Positions 1 to 14,536 are shown, counted from the stretch's first letter. The stretch: DNA of 64,000 nt from Mobula hypostoma (GCF_963921235.1 NC_086104.1:148924001-148988000); one strand, 5' to 3'. Notes: generated from the sequence alone by a model not told the origin. Numbers and translations: made by a program.

Positions 1-1127
1 GATGGTAGGAATGCACAGCCAGGGGTAGTCTTGGAAGCAAACATGATAAAGGCATTTTAGGTAGGCACATGAATGTGCAGAAAATGGTGGGATATAGATG
101 TAATTTAGTTAGGTATTTGATTACTAGTTTAATTAGTTCAGTACACCATTGTGGGCCAAGGGCATTATTCCAGTGTTCTGCTGTACTGTTTTATTTTCTC
201 TAACCCCTTAGAGTTTTACCTGCCTCATCTGAGACTCTATTCACATTGAACTCTATTCCACAGAAACAAAGCTAGCTTATTTAATCTTGCTTTTTTAATC
301 TTGTTTTCTTCTCCCCTGTTCTGATATTCTGTGTCCCAGCTAATAAATGAAAAGGTCCCTTATGCATTCTGAACTACCTCACTGACTTGGCCTGCTAATT
401 TTAAGGATCTATGTATACACCAAGATATTTCTGTTACTTCAAACACGCCAATATCCTCTTGTACTTTGTGTATTCTTTTCCCTTGTTATAATTCCCAAAA
501 TCAATACCTTACAATACTTTGGATTAAAACTCCTTTTGTCATTTATCTACCCAATTTACCTTTTGCTCCTGCATGTTGGCTACTTTTTGTCAAGATGTAA
601 GCACTAGTGAAAAATCACTCAATATCCAACGCATTGTCACCAATAGATTTCAATCCATAAAACTGAAAGAAGAGCAATGTCAATGTAATTACTATTGGCG
701 ATCTCCCAGGCTTGAAGTTAATCTCTTTCACAGGTCTTATTTTTAAACTGAGTTCTTGGTTGACTTACAAGTCTAACCCTCTATGTGGTGTTGGCACTGC
801 GACTATGTAGGAATTAAATAGCATCATAAAATTTACCCTTTCTCAGATGAAAGATTATCCCAACATAAATCAGACACAACTCCAATGCTCAGATTATAGT
901 AGATAGTTTCTATTTTCAAAGTGTACAGTGAAATGAAAGTTTAATTTAGAGTTGAATAATACAGTATTAATCCCAATAGATACAGTATACATAGATCCCT
1001 GTAGTTGTACAAAGATATAAAATCCATGTTCTTTATCAGCTGAATAACACAATATAATAATCTCCATAAGGAACACTGTGGTATCACTCAAATATTGACA
1101 CAACTTGCAAACGTTAAGATCGAAGTA

Positions 1128-1803
1128 CAGTGGATTCCGGTTAATTAGGACACATCAGGACCAGTACATTTTGGCCCAATCAAATGGGTGCCCTAATTAA
1201 CTGAAGTTTCATGGAAATAGTTAAAAAGGTATAAAAAAGACAAACTACTGTTTAACTGAGTAACTAATTATGTAATTAAATGAAATACAGAACAAATTAG
1301 AACACTACCAATACTACTATAGAAGTGTACTAGTTCCTAATACAGTAGTTATCAATGGAGTATTAACCAGGGTACATTGTCGTGCTCTTTTGATTGATTG
1401 TAATTGAACAAAATCAGCGCAGACACTTAAGTGCAGATAAATCTTTGCCTCTGCCTTCCTGCCTGAAGTAGTGTCATAATCCACCAATAAATTTCCTGGC
1501 ACAAAGTGATCAAAAATCATGATATTTTGAATCGGTGCCTTTTGGCCCAAATGGATAACACAAGTACATGCAACTGAAGCCATTTAAAAACTGTTCGCTG
1601 TAAGCACAGCATAGTTTCTAATGGCCACACAAGTGCTTGCTAGTTAGAAACTGTTCTACAAGTCTCCTGTTCCAATTAAGCAGTACAGTGTCCCAATTAA
1701 ACAAAGGCAACACCAGCTAATTTCTCGATTTGTTTTTGTTCTTTTTTGTCTCAAATAAACAGCTGCCCGATTAACCAATGGCCCAAATAACTGGAAGCCA
1801 CCG
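1128..1803. mobile_element. Non-autonomous Tigger/pogo-like (Tc1/mariner superfamily) DNA transposon
   Basis: Imperfect TIRs CAGTGGATTCCGGTTAATT / AATAACTGGAAGCCACCG with flanking TA; a second copy in opposite orientation ends at 61101. Confidence 0.75.
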
Positions 1804-2020
1804 TATATCCCAAGATCTCAATGTCTAAAAATTATAAAAACATTAATTAAAATCTTGCATCCCACAGTTTAAGAAATTATAGCATCAACTGCAATAATGA
1901 TTACAAGATAAAATTTACAGAATTCAGGTTTAAAATTTTCGTACATCTTAGTGTTCCTAATGATTGAAATTAATTACCATCTTATAGGAAATATATATTA
2001 AACCATTAAGTCATGACCCT

Positions 2021-2253
2021 TGCAACACACACAAAATGCTGGAGGAACTCAGCAGGCCAGGCAGCATCTATGGAAAAGAGTACAGACGATGTTTCAGGCT
2101 GAAACCCTTCGGCGGGACTCAAAGGTCTTGGCCCGAAATGTCGACTGTACTCTTTTCCATCGATGCTGCCCGGTCTGCTGGGTTCCTCCAGCATTTTGTG
2201 TGTGTTGCTCAGATTTCCAGCATCTGCAGATTTTCTCTTGCTTGTGACTGAAT
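2021..2253. mobile_element. Penelope-derived fold-back mini-element
   Basis: About 80-bp imperfect inverted arms; TCATGACCCT duplicated at 2011-2020 and 2254-2263. Confidence 0.75.
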
Positions 2254-4789
2254 TCATGACCCTCGGTGAGTTAAAGATTAAAAAGAACAATCTCATTTTG
2301 TGGCTATGGATTGTGGAAAATATAGACAGGTTAACAAACTGCAAAAATATCAGTTCAAATTACATACAAATTACAAATCAGATTGGAAGGTTTAATAAAT
2401 TCAAAACAGCATGAGAATATATATCAGTATTATTTTCAACTGCGGATACACAAAGCAAATAGAAGTCAAATATAGTATATTACATTGAAATCTTTAGCCC
2501 AATTGGCCTAGGGCAGAGTAAGTTCCCTAACTTCCCCACTTCATAGTTCCTCATATCCAATTTAAAACATACACGTACACCATAGATACAATCTAACTTC
2601 ACAGGACTGTCATGGTTTTGGAGGAGAAGCTGGGGTTCAAGCTGAACCTACTGCACACCAGACATTTTTTTCCTCCCAAGTCACCTCCCATTCTAAAAAG
2701 CAACACAGCTGGGAGATCCACACTGCAGTGTACCCATTGATATCTGGCGAGTTGGCCCAGCACATGATATGTAAAGGAGAAAGGCATTAACCAAATACAG
2801 CAGCTTCGGATAAAAAAAAATCCGTAAAGTATTGATAAAACATCTAAAATATCATTAAGACACCTTAAACACTCTGATTAATACCATGGGAAGAACAATC
2901 TTCAGCAAATTTTTGATTTGCTTTTTTGCTGGTTTGGCAAAACATTGTGGGCTGAATGGCCTGTTCTGTGCTAGCACTAAAGCACTAATTTCATCAGTCA
3001 GCTTTTGGAAGTTGTGAAATAATGTTTCCTGGGAGAATACATTGCAGTAGTTTGACATTAAATGAATTAGTGTGCTTTTAAATATGTGGAATGCATTGCT
3101 AACAACTTCCTACACTAATAATTATTGTGCTGTGCACATTTATTGTGTAAGTTACAGAATCTAACCTATAGACAGGAATTATCAGTTCCTGCCCAAAACT
3201 TCACTGCTATTTTATGGCAGAAAGCCTTCTTTTGCCTTAGACTTGGTTTTTACTGCTCGAGTCAAAGCCTTCAAGACCCTCAATTAAGTGTTGTTGTGAA
3301 GGAAGTGGAGTAAATACAATCATTCCATTCTGGTTGGAGAAAGCGATGCAGCAGGGTAAAAAGGGAATCAAAGTAGGAGTGATTGACAAGGTCATGTAGA
3401 CATCTCCCCTCTGGCTCCTGCATCACAATGGTTTAAGGCCAGGGGAGGGGAGTGGGGACAGAAATATCCATACCTCGTTGTTTTCTTTGAACTTACTGTG
3501 GAACATAATGGAACACAAGTTCAGAAGTACTTCTGAACCTGTCTCAGAATGCTGCAACACCCTTCAGTAATCCCATAGCACAATGAATCATTTGGCCACT
3601 CTTTGCCTCCTCTAGTATAAATAACACTGCCCTAACTTTATACATTAAATGCCATTTCTAAACAGTCTGCCAAATTTATCTGCCCAAGATTTGGTACATT
3701 TCCCTGGAAGGGGCGTGACTAAGTGCATCTAGGGCATCTGAACAGGAAACATCTCTCGCTCAGTTGATCATAAATCATAACAATACCTCAAGAAAATCTT
3801 GAAACATTGACTGGAAGCTACCATGATACACCGTCTTCCATCCAAAGCTTCTTCCCTCATCAAATCTTCAATGCAAGAGGTTGAATATTTTAAAATCAGG
3901 TCCATACTCTTAACTTCTGACTCCTGTTTCTTCCAGTGGAAAAAAGGTCATCAGCTGCATGTACATCCAATCAGAGGCGAAGTTTACAGGACCCAAATTT
4001 AATATTTTATTTTTATCTGGAGGTACAGCACAGAACAGGCCCTTCTGGCCAAATGAGCCACCTTGCCCACCAACTCACCTACCTCATCCTAGCCTAATCA
4101 CAGGACAATTCACAATGACCAATTAGCTTACTGACTGGTACACCTCTGGACTGCAGGAGGAAACCCACAGTCACGGGGAGAATGTACAAACTCCTTATAG
4201 ACAGTGATGGAACTGAACTCCAAAACCCAACAACCCAAGCTCTAATAGTATCACGCCAACCGCTATGCTACTGTGACAATATCCATTTTATTCAGAAATA
4301 TCTATGAGATGAGCTGTGGGTTGTGACTACATTAGATTGAATGAAGCACTGTTCAACGATAACAAACAAGAGATAACCTTGACATTTTGGACAGTTACTT
4401 AAAAATGGAAAGGATGCCTAAAGGTCAGAGGAAGAAATTAAAATTATGAGCAAGACATAGAAAAAATCGTAAAAACATATGTATGTCAAAAGATTAATCC
4501 TGGTAAATATTGTTCCTGAAGAAGGGTCTGGGCCCAAAACGTCGACTGTTTATTCCCCACTATAGATGCTGCATGACCTGCTGAGTTTTTCCAGCATTTG
4601 GTGTGTAATCCCATATACTATTATGCCAGAGGCAGGAAAATAACATTAGGAACTTATTGATATATTAATCTAGTGTTTTTTTTAAATCTTGCCAAGGACC
4701 CACATTCAGCAAAATTTGAAAGAATGACAGGTAGTTTCATGTGACACATAATATTTTGAGCAAAAATGCTGAGAAGCTGTGGTTTTATT

Positions 4790-7700
4790 GAGTTGAAACT
4801 CTGGTCCGAGTGGCACCACCTACTACATCTACAAACGCTGCCCCCGGCTTCTCCGGCGGCTGTGGAGAATCCTCAAGGTCGTCTGGAAGAGAGGCAAAGT
4901 GCTCAAGCAATGGAGGTATGCAAACAGAGTGTGGATTCCAAAAGAGAACTCCTAGAACATCAGCCAGTTTAGGATAATATCCTTGCTGAGTGTTGAAGGG
5001 AAGATCTTCTTCAGCGTGGTGGCAAAGTGCTTAACAGAGTCCTTCCTGAGGAACAATTACATCGACACCTCAGTCCAGGAGGGTGGCGTTCCAAGAGTAC
5101 CAGGCTGCTTGGAGCACACTGGAGTCATCATACAGCTCCTGAGAGAGACCAGAGAGAATAAGGGTGCCTTAGTGGTCTTGTGGTTGGATTTGGCCAATGC
5201 CTATGGATCAATCCCCCATAAAATTGTTGAAGACCCTCTGAAAAGGCACCATGTTCCTGAAGGAATCAGAGGCCTCCTTATGGACTACTACAACGAGTTC
5301 CACCTGAGAGTCTCAGCAGGGCCAACAACATCAGACTGGTGCAGGCTGGAGATTGGTATCATCACAGGCTGCACCATCTCAGTCATCCTTTTCGCCCTGG
5401 CAATGAATATGCTGGTAAAATCTGCAGAGCCAGAGTGTCGAGGCCTGAAATCAAGATCTGGGGTCCGCCAACCACCAATACGACCCTTCATGGATGATCT
5501 AGATTATGAAGACACGCAGTCCTCTTTTATCGTCATTTAGTAATACATGCATTAAGAAATGATACATTATTTCCTCCAGTGTGATGTCACAAAACACAGG
5601 ACAAACCAAGACTGAAAAAACTGACAAAACCACATAATTATAACATATAGTTACAACAGTGCAACAATACCATAACTTGATGAAGTCCGTGAGCACAGTA
5701 AAGTTCAAAGTTTCTCAAATGTCCCACATCTCACGCAGACGGGAGAGGGAAGAAAAACTCTCCCTGCCATGCCGACCACAACCTGACTCTGAGTCATCCG
5801 AAAACTTCGAGCTCTGATCAGCTCTCCGACACCGAGTACTGAGCGCCATCTCTGTCCGAGCAATTCGACCTCTTTCTCGGTCGCCAAAAGCAGGCAAGGC
5901 CGGGGATTTTGAGGCCTACCCTCCGAAAGATTCCCGACCGCACAGTAACGACAGCAGCGAACGGGCGTTTCAGAAATTTCTCCAGATGTTCCTCTGTGCT
6001 TTCACGTCCATTCTCCATCAAATCAAAATTGCCCACGGCCCCTATTTAACAGATACAACATCATTTTTCACTGGAGAGCTGCGCACGTGCGGCGCGCTGC
6101 CATCTTCTCCTCCCGCCTGACCTATCACTACGGAGTCAGTGCCTGGTGGATTCTTAAAGGGCTGGAAAGGTTGATGAGGTGGGCAAGGACGTCCGTTAAG
6201 CCTGCAAAATCAAGATCTGCAGTGCTGAAGAAGGGGAGAGTACAGGAGAGATTTCGTTTCTCTATTGAGGACATTCCAATTCCTACCATCACAGAGAACC
6301 CTGTTAAAAGTCTTGGGAAGATGTTTGATGCAACACTCAGAGATAAGGCGGCAATAAGAAACACCTGTGGGGAGTTTGAACAATGGTTGCAAGAGGTTGA
6401 CAGGAGTGGCCTTCCTGGGCGGTTTAAGGCATGGATTTACCAGCACGGTATACGACCAAGAATCCTCTGGCCACTGCTTCTCTGTGAGTTTCCAATTTCC
6501 ACTGTTGCTGAATTAGAAAGGGTAGTCAGCCGGTTCCTGCGAAGATGGCTGGGTTTACCAAAGAACATCAGCAGCATTGCTCCATACGGGAATAACTGCA
6601 AACTGAGGCTCCCCCTGAAATCCATCGAAGAGGAGTTCAAGGTTTTGTGAGCAAGAGAGGTGCTGCAGTTCCGGGAACCTTCAGATCCAAAGGTTGCCGG
6701 AGCAAGAGTGGCGGTGAGAACTGGAAGAGAGTAGAGAGCAGAGGCTGCAGTGGAAGAAGCTGAGGCACAAATGCGCCACAAAGTGCTGGTGGGGGCAGTC
6801 GCCCAGGGAAGAGTTGGAGCCTTGAAGTCCCCCACTTTGACAAAGTACAAGGGAAAGAGCGACGAGAACTGGTCCAGAATGAAGTAAGGGCAGCTGTGGA
6901 GGAGGATAGGACCAGCAGAGCAGTGGCAATGAAACAGCAAGGAGCTTGGACCAAATGGGAGCAGGTGATCGAGCGAAAGATCACGTGGAACAATCTCTTG
7001 AAGGTGGATCCACACTGCACCAAGTTCCTTATCCAGGCTGTTTATGACGTCCTTCCTAGCCCATCCAACCTGCACTGCTGGGGCCCTGCAGAATGACCAG
7101 CGTTCCCCCTCTGTGAGAAGACCAGTACGCTAGAGCATATTCTGAGCTGCTGCCCCAGAGCTCTTGCCAATGGCCGTTATCGGTGGCGGTATGACCAGGT
7201 CCTCCGGACAATTGCTGAGGCAATCTGCAGCAGCCTTAACATCTGCCGGAAAACAAGTCCAGTCAAGAACACCATCTGCTTTGTCAAAGAGGGGAAAATA
7301 CCAACAGAACACCAGAAAACAACCGGGTTGCTCTTCACTGCGCAGGACTGGAAGCTAAAAGCAGACCTGGGAAAACAGCTGCAGTTTCCTCCCCGCATCA
7401 CAGAGACTATGTGGCCCGACATCACAGAGGCTACATTGCAGCCCGACACTGTGTTGTGGTCCGACTCATCGAAGCACGTTCTTATGCTTGAGCTTACCGT
7501 GCCGTGGGCAGATCGCATGGAGGAGGCATATGAGCGGAAAAGAGCGAAGAATGAAGATCTGAAGGACAACTGTCAAAGAAGAGGCTGGAGAGCAAAGTGT
7601 TGGCCTGTGGAGGTCGGCTGTCGTAGCTTTGCAGGCCAGTTGCTCTGCAAAGTATACACTGCAACTTGGAATCACGGGAGAGAGAAGGAGAGCCATTTCT

Positions 7701-7885
7701 ACCGTCACAGATGCAGCAGAGAAAACATCAAGATGGCTCTGGATAAAGAGGGCAGATCCATGGGTTGCTGCTAGGGCACAGGCCGGGGTCTGATCAATGC
7801 CGGTTGGGTCGCCTGGGCTAGGGTATGTGATGTTGAAACACCTGATGACCCCAGGTAACATCACTGATGATGTGCCCTAGCTTAG
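4790..7885 (+). mobile_element. 5'-truncated, decayed Hero-like (R2 group, restriction-like endonuclease) non-LTR retrotransposon
   Basis: RT motifs (VLWLDLANAYGSIPH, GIITGCTISVILF, FMDDL), decayed zinc knuckle (LC..TLEHILSCC), RLE motif PD.VLWS....LELTVPW....YERK..K; several stops and frameshifts. Confidence 0.88.
5502..6118 (-). mobile_element. Non-autonomous LINE-tail element inserted in the Hero RT
   Basis: Interrupts FMDDL|TIT; 5' end AAGATGGC; related plus-strand copy at about 42517-43065 shares the body and 3' end (aaaagaggactgcgtgtc). Confidence 0.75.
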
Positions 7886-7964
7886 CATCATGCAGATGTT
7901 TCTGTAAGAAGAAAGAAAAAAAGGGCAGTACAATCAAGATTTTAAGGAAAAGCCACATGATAGC

Positions 7965-10392
7965 ACCAACAGACAGCTCATGGCTCACCCGGACGGAGTG
8001 ATCATTGTAGCAGGGGACTTCAATCACACAGATTTTAAACTGGTCATGCCCAAACTTTACAAAAATGTGAATTTCCCGACACAAGAATATAACATACTAG
8101 ACCAAGTCTACACAAATATTCCAGGAGCATTCAAAGCGACCCCATCTGTACACCTAGGACAATCAGACCATATCTCCCTCACACTGACCCCAGCTTACAG
8201 ACCACCGATCTGCGGAGTAAAACCAACCATCAGGACAGTACATATGTGGTCTGAGGAAGCCACCTCAATGCTACAGGACTGTTTTGACAACACAGATTGG
8301 GGCTTGTTTGCAAAGGGAGCAGACCTGGAGAAATATGGTGGTTCAGTCCTAGGATAAATTAAGTTTTGCACAGAAAATGTAATCACACAAAAGACAATTA
8401 AGGTGCTTCCCAATCAAAAGCCATGGATTAACAGCAATGTGAGGGCACTACTCAGGGAGCGCGATGCAGCCTTCAGATCAGGAGACAAACAAGCCTACAG
8501 TGAAGCACAGGGGAATCTCCACAGGGGCATCAGGGATGCAAAGCGCAAATACAAATTGCGCATTGAAAATCGGTTTGATAACAACCACCCCCACAGTATG
8601 TCTGGCATCAAGGCGCTGACAGACTACAAATCCAATAATCTGCTGCCAGATGATGACGCCACACTGCCTGATGTCCTATACCAGTTCTTTGCCCGCTTTG
8701 ATACTCAGAGGGAGGAGGCTGCTCCACTCATCAACCTACCTGACGATGAGTCCACACTGGTCCTTAAGCAACACCAGGTGAGACCCACCCTGAGGAAAGT
8801 GAAGGCGAGTAAGGCAGCTGGCCCAGACGGAGTGCCCGGCCGGGTACTGAAAGCATGTGCTGACCAGCTTGCTGAGGTGTTTACAAGTATATTTAACCTC
8901 TCACTGCAACAAGCTGTTGTTTCAACATGCCTTAAAGCCTCCACTATCATCCCAGTGCCCAAAAAATCAGCTGTGAAGTGCCTGAATGACTATTGCCCTG
9001 TAGCACTGTCACCCACAGCCATGAAGTGCTTTGAGAGACTTGTGCTCTCACACATTGAGGCAATAATCCTACCTGATCTGGACAAACACCAGTCTGCCTA
9101 CCGGGCAAACCACTCCACAGAGGATGCAATCACAACAGCCATCCATATTGCTCTGACTCACTTAGAGGAACCGAACACTTATGTGAGGATGTTATTTGTG
9201 GAATTCAGTTCTGTATTTAACATCGTCATCCCCCATAAACTGGTCAGCAAACTGAACACTCTTGGCCTTGGTTCCCCCCGTGCTCATGGATCACGGACTT
9301 TCTCACAGACCGACCACAGCAAGTTAGAATTGGTAAGCACAGCTCTAACACCCTCATCTTAAAAATAGGCACCCTGCAGGGCTGTGTGCTGAGCCCTATG
9401 TTCTACACACTCTTCACACATGACTGCACCCCCATCTACACCTCCAACTCCATAATTAAATTTGCGGACGATACCACAGTGGTTGGCCTGATCTCGGACG
9501 AGGATGAAACAGCCTCCAGGCTTGAGGTGGATCATCTGACGGAGTGATGTAAGGACAATGACCTGGTCCTTAACACTTCTAAAACAAAAGAGATGATCAT
9601 TGACTTCAGGAGATCAAAGGACAGAGTACACACCCCCTCCATATACATGGAGAGGTAGTGCAAAGTGTGGAAAACCTAAAGTTCCTTGGAGTTATGTTGT
9701 CAAAACAGCTGCCATGGACCACCAACACCTCGCTGCTTGTAAAAAAAGGCACAACAAAGACTCTTCTTCTTCAGAAAGCTGAAACAGGCCAAATTTCCAC
9801 AAAAGCTGTTGCTTAACTTCTACAGGAGCACAATTGAAACCATCCTGACCGACAACGCCACAGTGTGGTATGCCAGCAGCACAGCCGCTGAGCGACAAGA
9901 CCTGCATCGTGTGGTGAAGGCGGCCCAGTGAATTGTCAGGATGGAGCTCCCAGGACTGGACACCATCTATTCCAGCAGACTCAGGAGGAAAGCAATCAGC
10001 ATAACCAGAGACACCACACACCCCCGCCACTCCCTGTTTGACCCGCTGCCGTCCAGCAAAAGGTTCAGGACACTAAAAGCCAGAACAAATAGACTGAGGA
10101 ACAGCTTCTATCCCAGAGCTGTGGCCTCCATCACACCACTCCCACAGGACAATGACTGAAACTGTGAGCACACACATGTACACACAAGGACTCAAATACT
10201 TGCACTAACGGCACTCTGTGCATTACTGTGATATTCTGGCACTGCTGCAACTTATTTTCTGCTACTTATCTATTTAATACTGCTTTTCTATTACTGTCTT
10301 GATTTTATCTACCGCTTTATTTAATTGCCTGAGAGGAAGCCAAACAGAGTTTCATTGTACCTATGTATAATGACAATAAAGGTCATTCAATT
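7965..10392 (+). mobile_element. Decayed Rex1/Babar-like LINE (AP endonuclease end, RT, DUF1891-type C-terminus)
   Basis: AGDFNH, LGQSDH, PNQKPW, KAAGPDGVPGRVLKACADQLA, FADD, KEMIIDFRR, HP.HSLF..LPS.KR..RNSFYP; frameshifts; AATAAA 3' tail. Confidence 0.88.
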
Positions 10393-11829
10393 ATGGCATC
10401 ATAAAATTACCTTTTATTTTCAAGTTTATTTTTATTCTATTTTCACATTTGCACTTTTATCCCATTGTAAAGCATTTTGAACTACATCATCTGTATGAAA
10501 AATGCTCTATAAATAAATTATTAATATTTTATGGCATAATAATTTCTAATTCCTAAATATAAAGAACTTCATTGCATTTTTACTTTAAACCTGTCTATAA
10601 TATTAAAGTCAACTCCTTGTACATATCACACATACTAACCATAAATATACATATATACTGCCTGTTAGGTCTCTTTTAACCATCATGGGTTTCTATCCAT
10701 AAAATCTGCAAAACTTGCCTGAAGGGTTTCGCCTGAAATGTCGACCGTTTATTCCTTCTCCTAGATGCTGCCTGACCTGCTGAGTTTATTCAGGATTTTG
10801 TGTGTTTCTCTGGATTTCCAGCACTTGTAGAACCTCTGGTACTTATAGCTTGCAGCAATTTATGCTTTTTGGTTATTAAAGTGAATGACCTACATTAAAC
10901 AAATGGTCAAAACTGTGAAAACGTATTTGTCAGTAAAATATTTATAATTTTTAAACACTTCTACTGCTTATAAAACCACCTACCTCCTATCGTCTAACAA
11001 AGAAGACAATAAAGCAAAAACTGGAGTTGAGATGGAACAGCAATAAATTATCCTGGGTGTCAGATCTTCCTGAACAATTAATATCACAGCTCTTCGTCTG
11101 CAGATTTGATCATCAATCTTCTCCACAACCCAGCCAAATTCCTAGCAAAGGGTTTAAATCTTTTGATATAGAATGCTTCGTGCTTGATCTTAAGGTAATC
11201 TCGAGGCAATAATTGCTCAGGACCACATTAAACCACTACCCCCACCCCCCAGGAATTGCAGAATCATATATCAAGGAAACAGATGTTTGGGCCACCAAGC
11301 AAACCCATTCCTATATCATAACATGGATAAAAAGAAATGCAATCGAAACCCTAAATTAACAGAGTTTGGGAAGAGTGCTATGCTGGTTTAAGGAATGAGA
11401 AGCAAGTGTAGAATAACTGAGACACAACCAATGCAATCAAAGCAAAATTACAAATTGGCTATTGAGAAATGGATTTAGATTTGAGGATAATCAGAGAACA
11501 TGTTGGTAAAGGATAATTAGACCAATATCAGAAAGTGATGCTGCTCCTGGCTGCCTACAGAAGATCATGTCATCTCAAAGAGATGCTAACATATAGAGAT
11601 AAATGTCAAGGTTGAGGTAGCTACGGTGGGACCATGTGAAGTAGACTATTTACAGTTCAACTACTCAAGAGTAAAGTTCAAAAATAAGTTCTTAGGAATT
11701 CCTCAGCATCACAAGGCTCACCCGAACGAAAAGACAAAGGAGCTCGATTTTCAAAACCAAAGGACCTGATCTCCAGTTCTGTTCTCCGGTTGTCCTTGCC
11801 AGGTTAGGGTGACAGATTGGGAACTGCTG

Positions 11830-13140
11830 ACATACAAAGGGTGTCCATGTACGTCAGCCTATGAAAGTAAGTATGCGGTTAAGGTGGCAAATGGTATATT
11901 AACTTTTATTGCACAGGTTTTGAAAACAAAAGTTAAGATGAATTTTACCCATGTATGTGAAGGATGTGAGAAATAATGTCAAGTCAAGTCAAGTCAATTA
12001 CCCAGGGCATCGGTGATGCCAACCTGCAGCACCTGGTGTAGTTTTAGTTTCCTTACTCAAGGGACATACTTGTCATAGGAGTGCAACAAAGTATCACCAG
12101 ACTGGTTCACAGGATGGCAGTATTGTCTGAAAGAGGATATGTTACCCACTCCACTACTAATAGATTTCAGAAAAAAATGAGAGCAGATCTCATCGAAACT
12201 TACAGAATTCTGACAGGGCTCAACAGACCCAATACACAAGGGATCTTTCCTGTAAGAGGGGTGTGTGCCGGAACCAAAGTTAGAATCTCAGGACAGGGTC
12301 AAGGCATTTGGGAGTGAGAAGAGGACAAATTTCTTCAGTGTGAAACTCCCCAACACTGGAGACTGGGGAAGCCAAGACAATAGAGATACTTAAGGTGCAG
12401 GTATACAGATTTCTAGATATTAAAACTTCAAAAAGTTATGGGAAAAGAGCAGTAAGACTTTAAGACATATGAGCTGATTTAGGCCATTCAGCCCATTGAG
12501 CCTGCTCTGCCATTCCATCTAATTTATTATCCTTCTCAACCTATTTTCTTGCCTTCTCCTCATAACCTTTGACGCCTTCACTAATCAAGAATCTAACAAC
12601 CTCCGGTTTTAATATAGCCAAAGATTTGGCCATCACAGCCGTATGTGGCAAAAAAATCCACAAATTCACTGCATTTGGGCTAAAGATGTTTCTCCTCATC
12701 TTTGTTCTAAAAGGACCACCTTCTACTGAGGTTGTGTCCTCTGGTCCTAGATTCCCTCACTATTGGAAACATCCACTCCACATCCAGTTTATTTTGACCT
12801 TTCAATATTGTATGTTTCAATGAGATTTATGCCACCCCCCCCATCATCTCATTCATCTAAACTCCAGCAAGTACATGCCCACGACCATCAAACGGTCCTC
12901 ATACATTAACTCTTTCATTCTCAGGATCATACTCGTAAAGTTACGGAGCCTCTCCAATGCCAGTGCATCCTTTTTTAGATATGGAGCCCAAAACTGCACA
13001 CAGTACACCAAATGTGGCCTGACCAATGCCTGAGAGAGCCTCAGTACATTCTTGCTTTTATATTTCAGTCCTCTTGAAATGAATGGCAACGTTGCATTTG
13101 ACTTCCTTTCTACTGACTCAACCTGCCAAATTAACCTTTA
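11830..13140. mobile_element. Two decayed CR1 3' fragments in opposite orientation
   Basis: LVRPHLVYCVQFWAPYLKKD (minus strand) and RADLIETYRIL (plus strand) CR1 ORF2 C-terminal motifs. Confidence 0.75.
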
Positions 13141-13691
13141 GGGAAGTGGGTCCCAATATGGCAAGGGGTCCATGGCATAAAAAATGTTGGGAACCCTTGC
13201 TTTAGGGAATCAGCAAGAATGTGGTATTGATCATGTTGAATGGTGGAACAGTCTCAAAAGGCCAGAGTGGCCTTTTACTACTCTTTGTGCCAACTTCTGA
13301 TAAAAGTGTTGCCTGAAAGTTACAAAGATTTAAAAAACGCTACTGTGTACCACATTTCCTGGTCTTTCATACCTGAATAGTAGTCTACTTAACTCATGCC
13401 CATTAACAGCATGTTCAAGTCTTCAGTCATCCAGCGATACCTCCAACCACTAACACAGATGTCCCCAACAGTTGACATTACAGCAGCATGGTTACAAACC
13501 ATCTAACCAAGTATATTAGATTTGCAAACTAAGTAATATTTTATTGCTTATGCAATTAGCAGCAGTCTTCCAGATACCATTTTGTAGTACCTTTATGAAG
13601 TCATCGTTTGCTATTCCTAGTTGTGAATCCCTCGTGGCTTCAGTTCAGAGAACTGGCAGTTAGTGTAACTCAGTCAGTGTCTGAAGGATGC

Positions 13692-14536
13692 TCAAGGACG
13701 CCTGCCTCGAAGAGCTCGACCTCGAGGGGATCTGACTGCCACCTGCAGATTCAATGGTGCTTCTGGAGGAGATGGGGCTTCGGAAGATGGGGAGGGATCA
13801 TACGTGCTGTTACCCCGAGAGAGGCTAGCAAGAGACACTCCAGCTGGCCCACTCACATGGGGCTGTGACTCCATGCCGCCATTGAGCTGTGGCAGAGCAG
13901 ACTGCAGAAGGTCTGAGATGTGACCGAACCCCCTATCAATACGCCCGCCCAACCTTTCCAAACTAGTGGAAATGGTGCAAGCCAGAGCCTGAATAGCACT
14001 TGTTTGAGCCTCAATCAGTGACGCCAAAGTTGGTGCCACAGGCTCATGGACAGAGGGCTTCATTGCTGCATCGACAGAGTTGGCAACTCGCTCCATGGTA
14101 GACTGGAGGGTGGTGATACCTTGTGCCACAACCCCACAAAAGATGGATGCAGACTCTTCTACACTCTCAGACAGCGTGAGGCAGCTCTTTGGCAGTTTGT
14201 CCAAAGCTTGGAGCAACTGATGATGCTCCTGGAAAATCTTTCTTCTAAAGGCTGGGCCTGTGAGATCTGCATCTTTGTCCTCTTCGATACAGCTAGGACC
14301 AGAGGTTGCCCTGGAGTCATCGGTCTCCTGGATGGTCCTTTCCACTATGTCCAGCTCCTGTTCATTACTACTGAATAATTCATTATGTGAAGATCCATTT
14401 AGCTGACCGTCCATTCCACTGGAGATGTTTAGGTCAGTGCTGATGTAGTGGAAAGATGGGGCTGGTGACTGTGCATCTTCTGTGAAATGCTCCTCTTCCA
14501 TCTCCTGTCCAATAAAGCCTAGGTAATGAGTCAGAT
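13692..14536 (-). CDS. Myb/SANT-like protein, exon 3 (acidic linker plus helical C-terminal region)
   Basis: Strong ctccctctttttcag acceptor in phase 1 matching exon 2; about 280 open codons in otherwise stop-rich DNA; minus-strand AATAAA at 13545-13540. Confidence 0.82.

Noticed and set aside
7820-7880. Two CTGATGA boxes at the Hero 3' end as a hammerhead or C/D snoRNA
   Set aside because: I could not arrange GAAA, stems and a cleavage triplet in hammerhead topology; more likely the element's ordinary 3' UTR hairpin.
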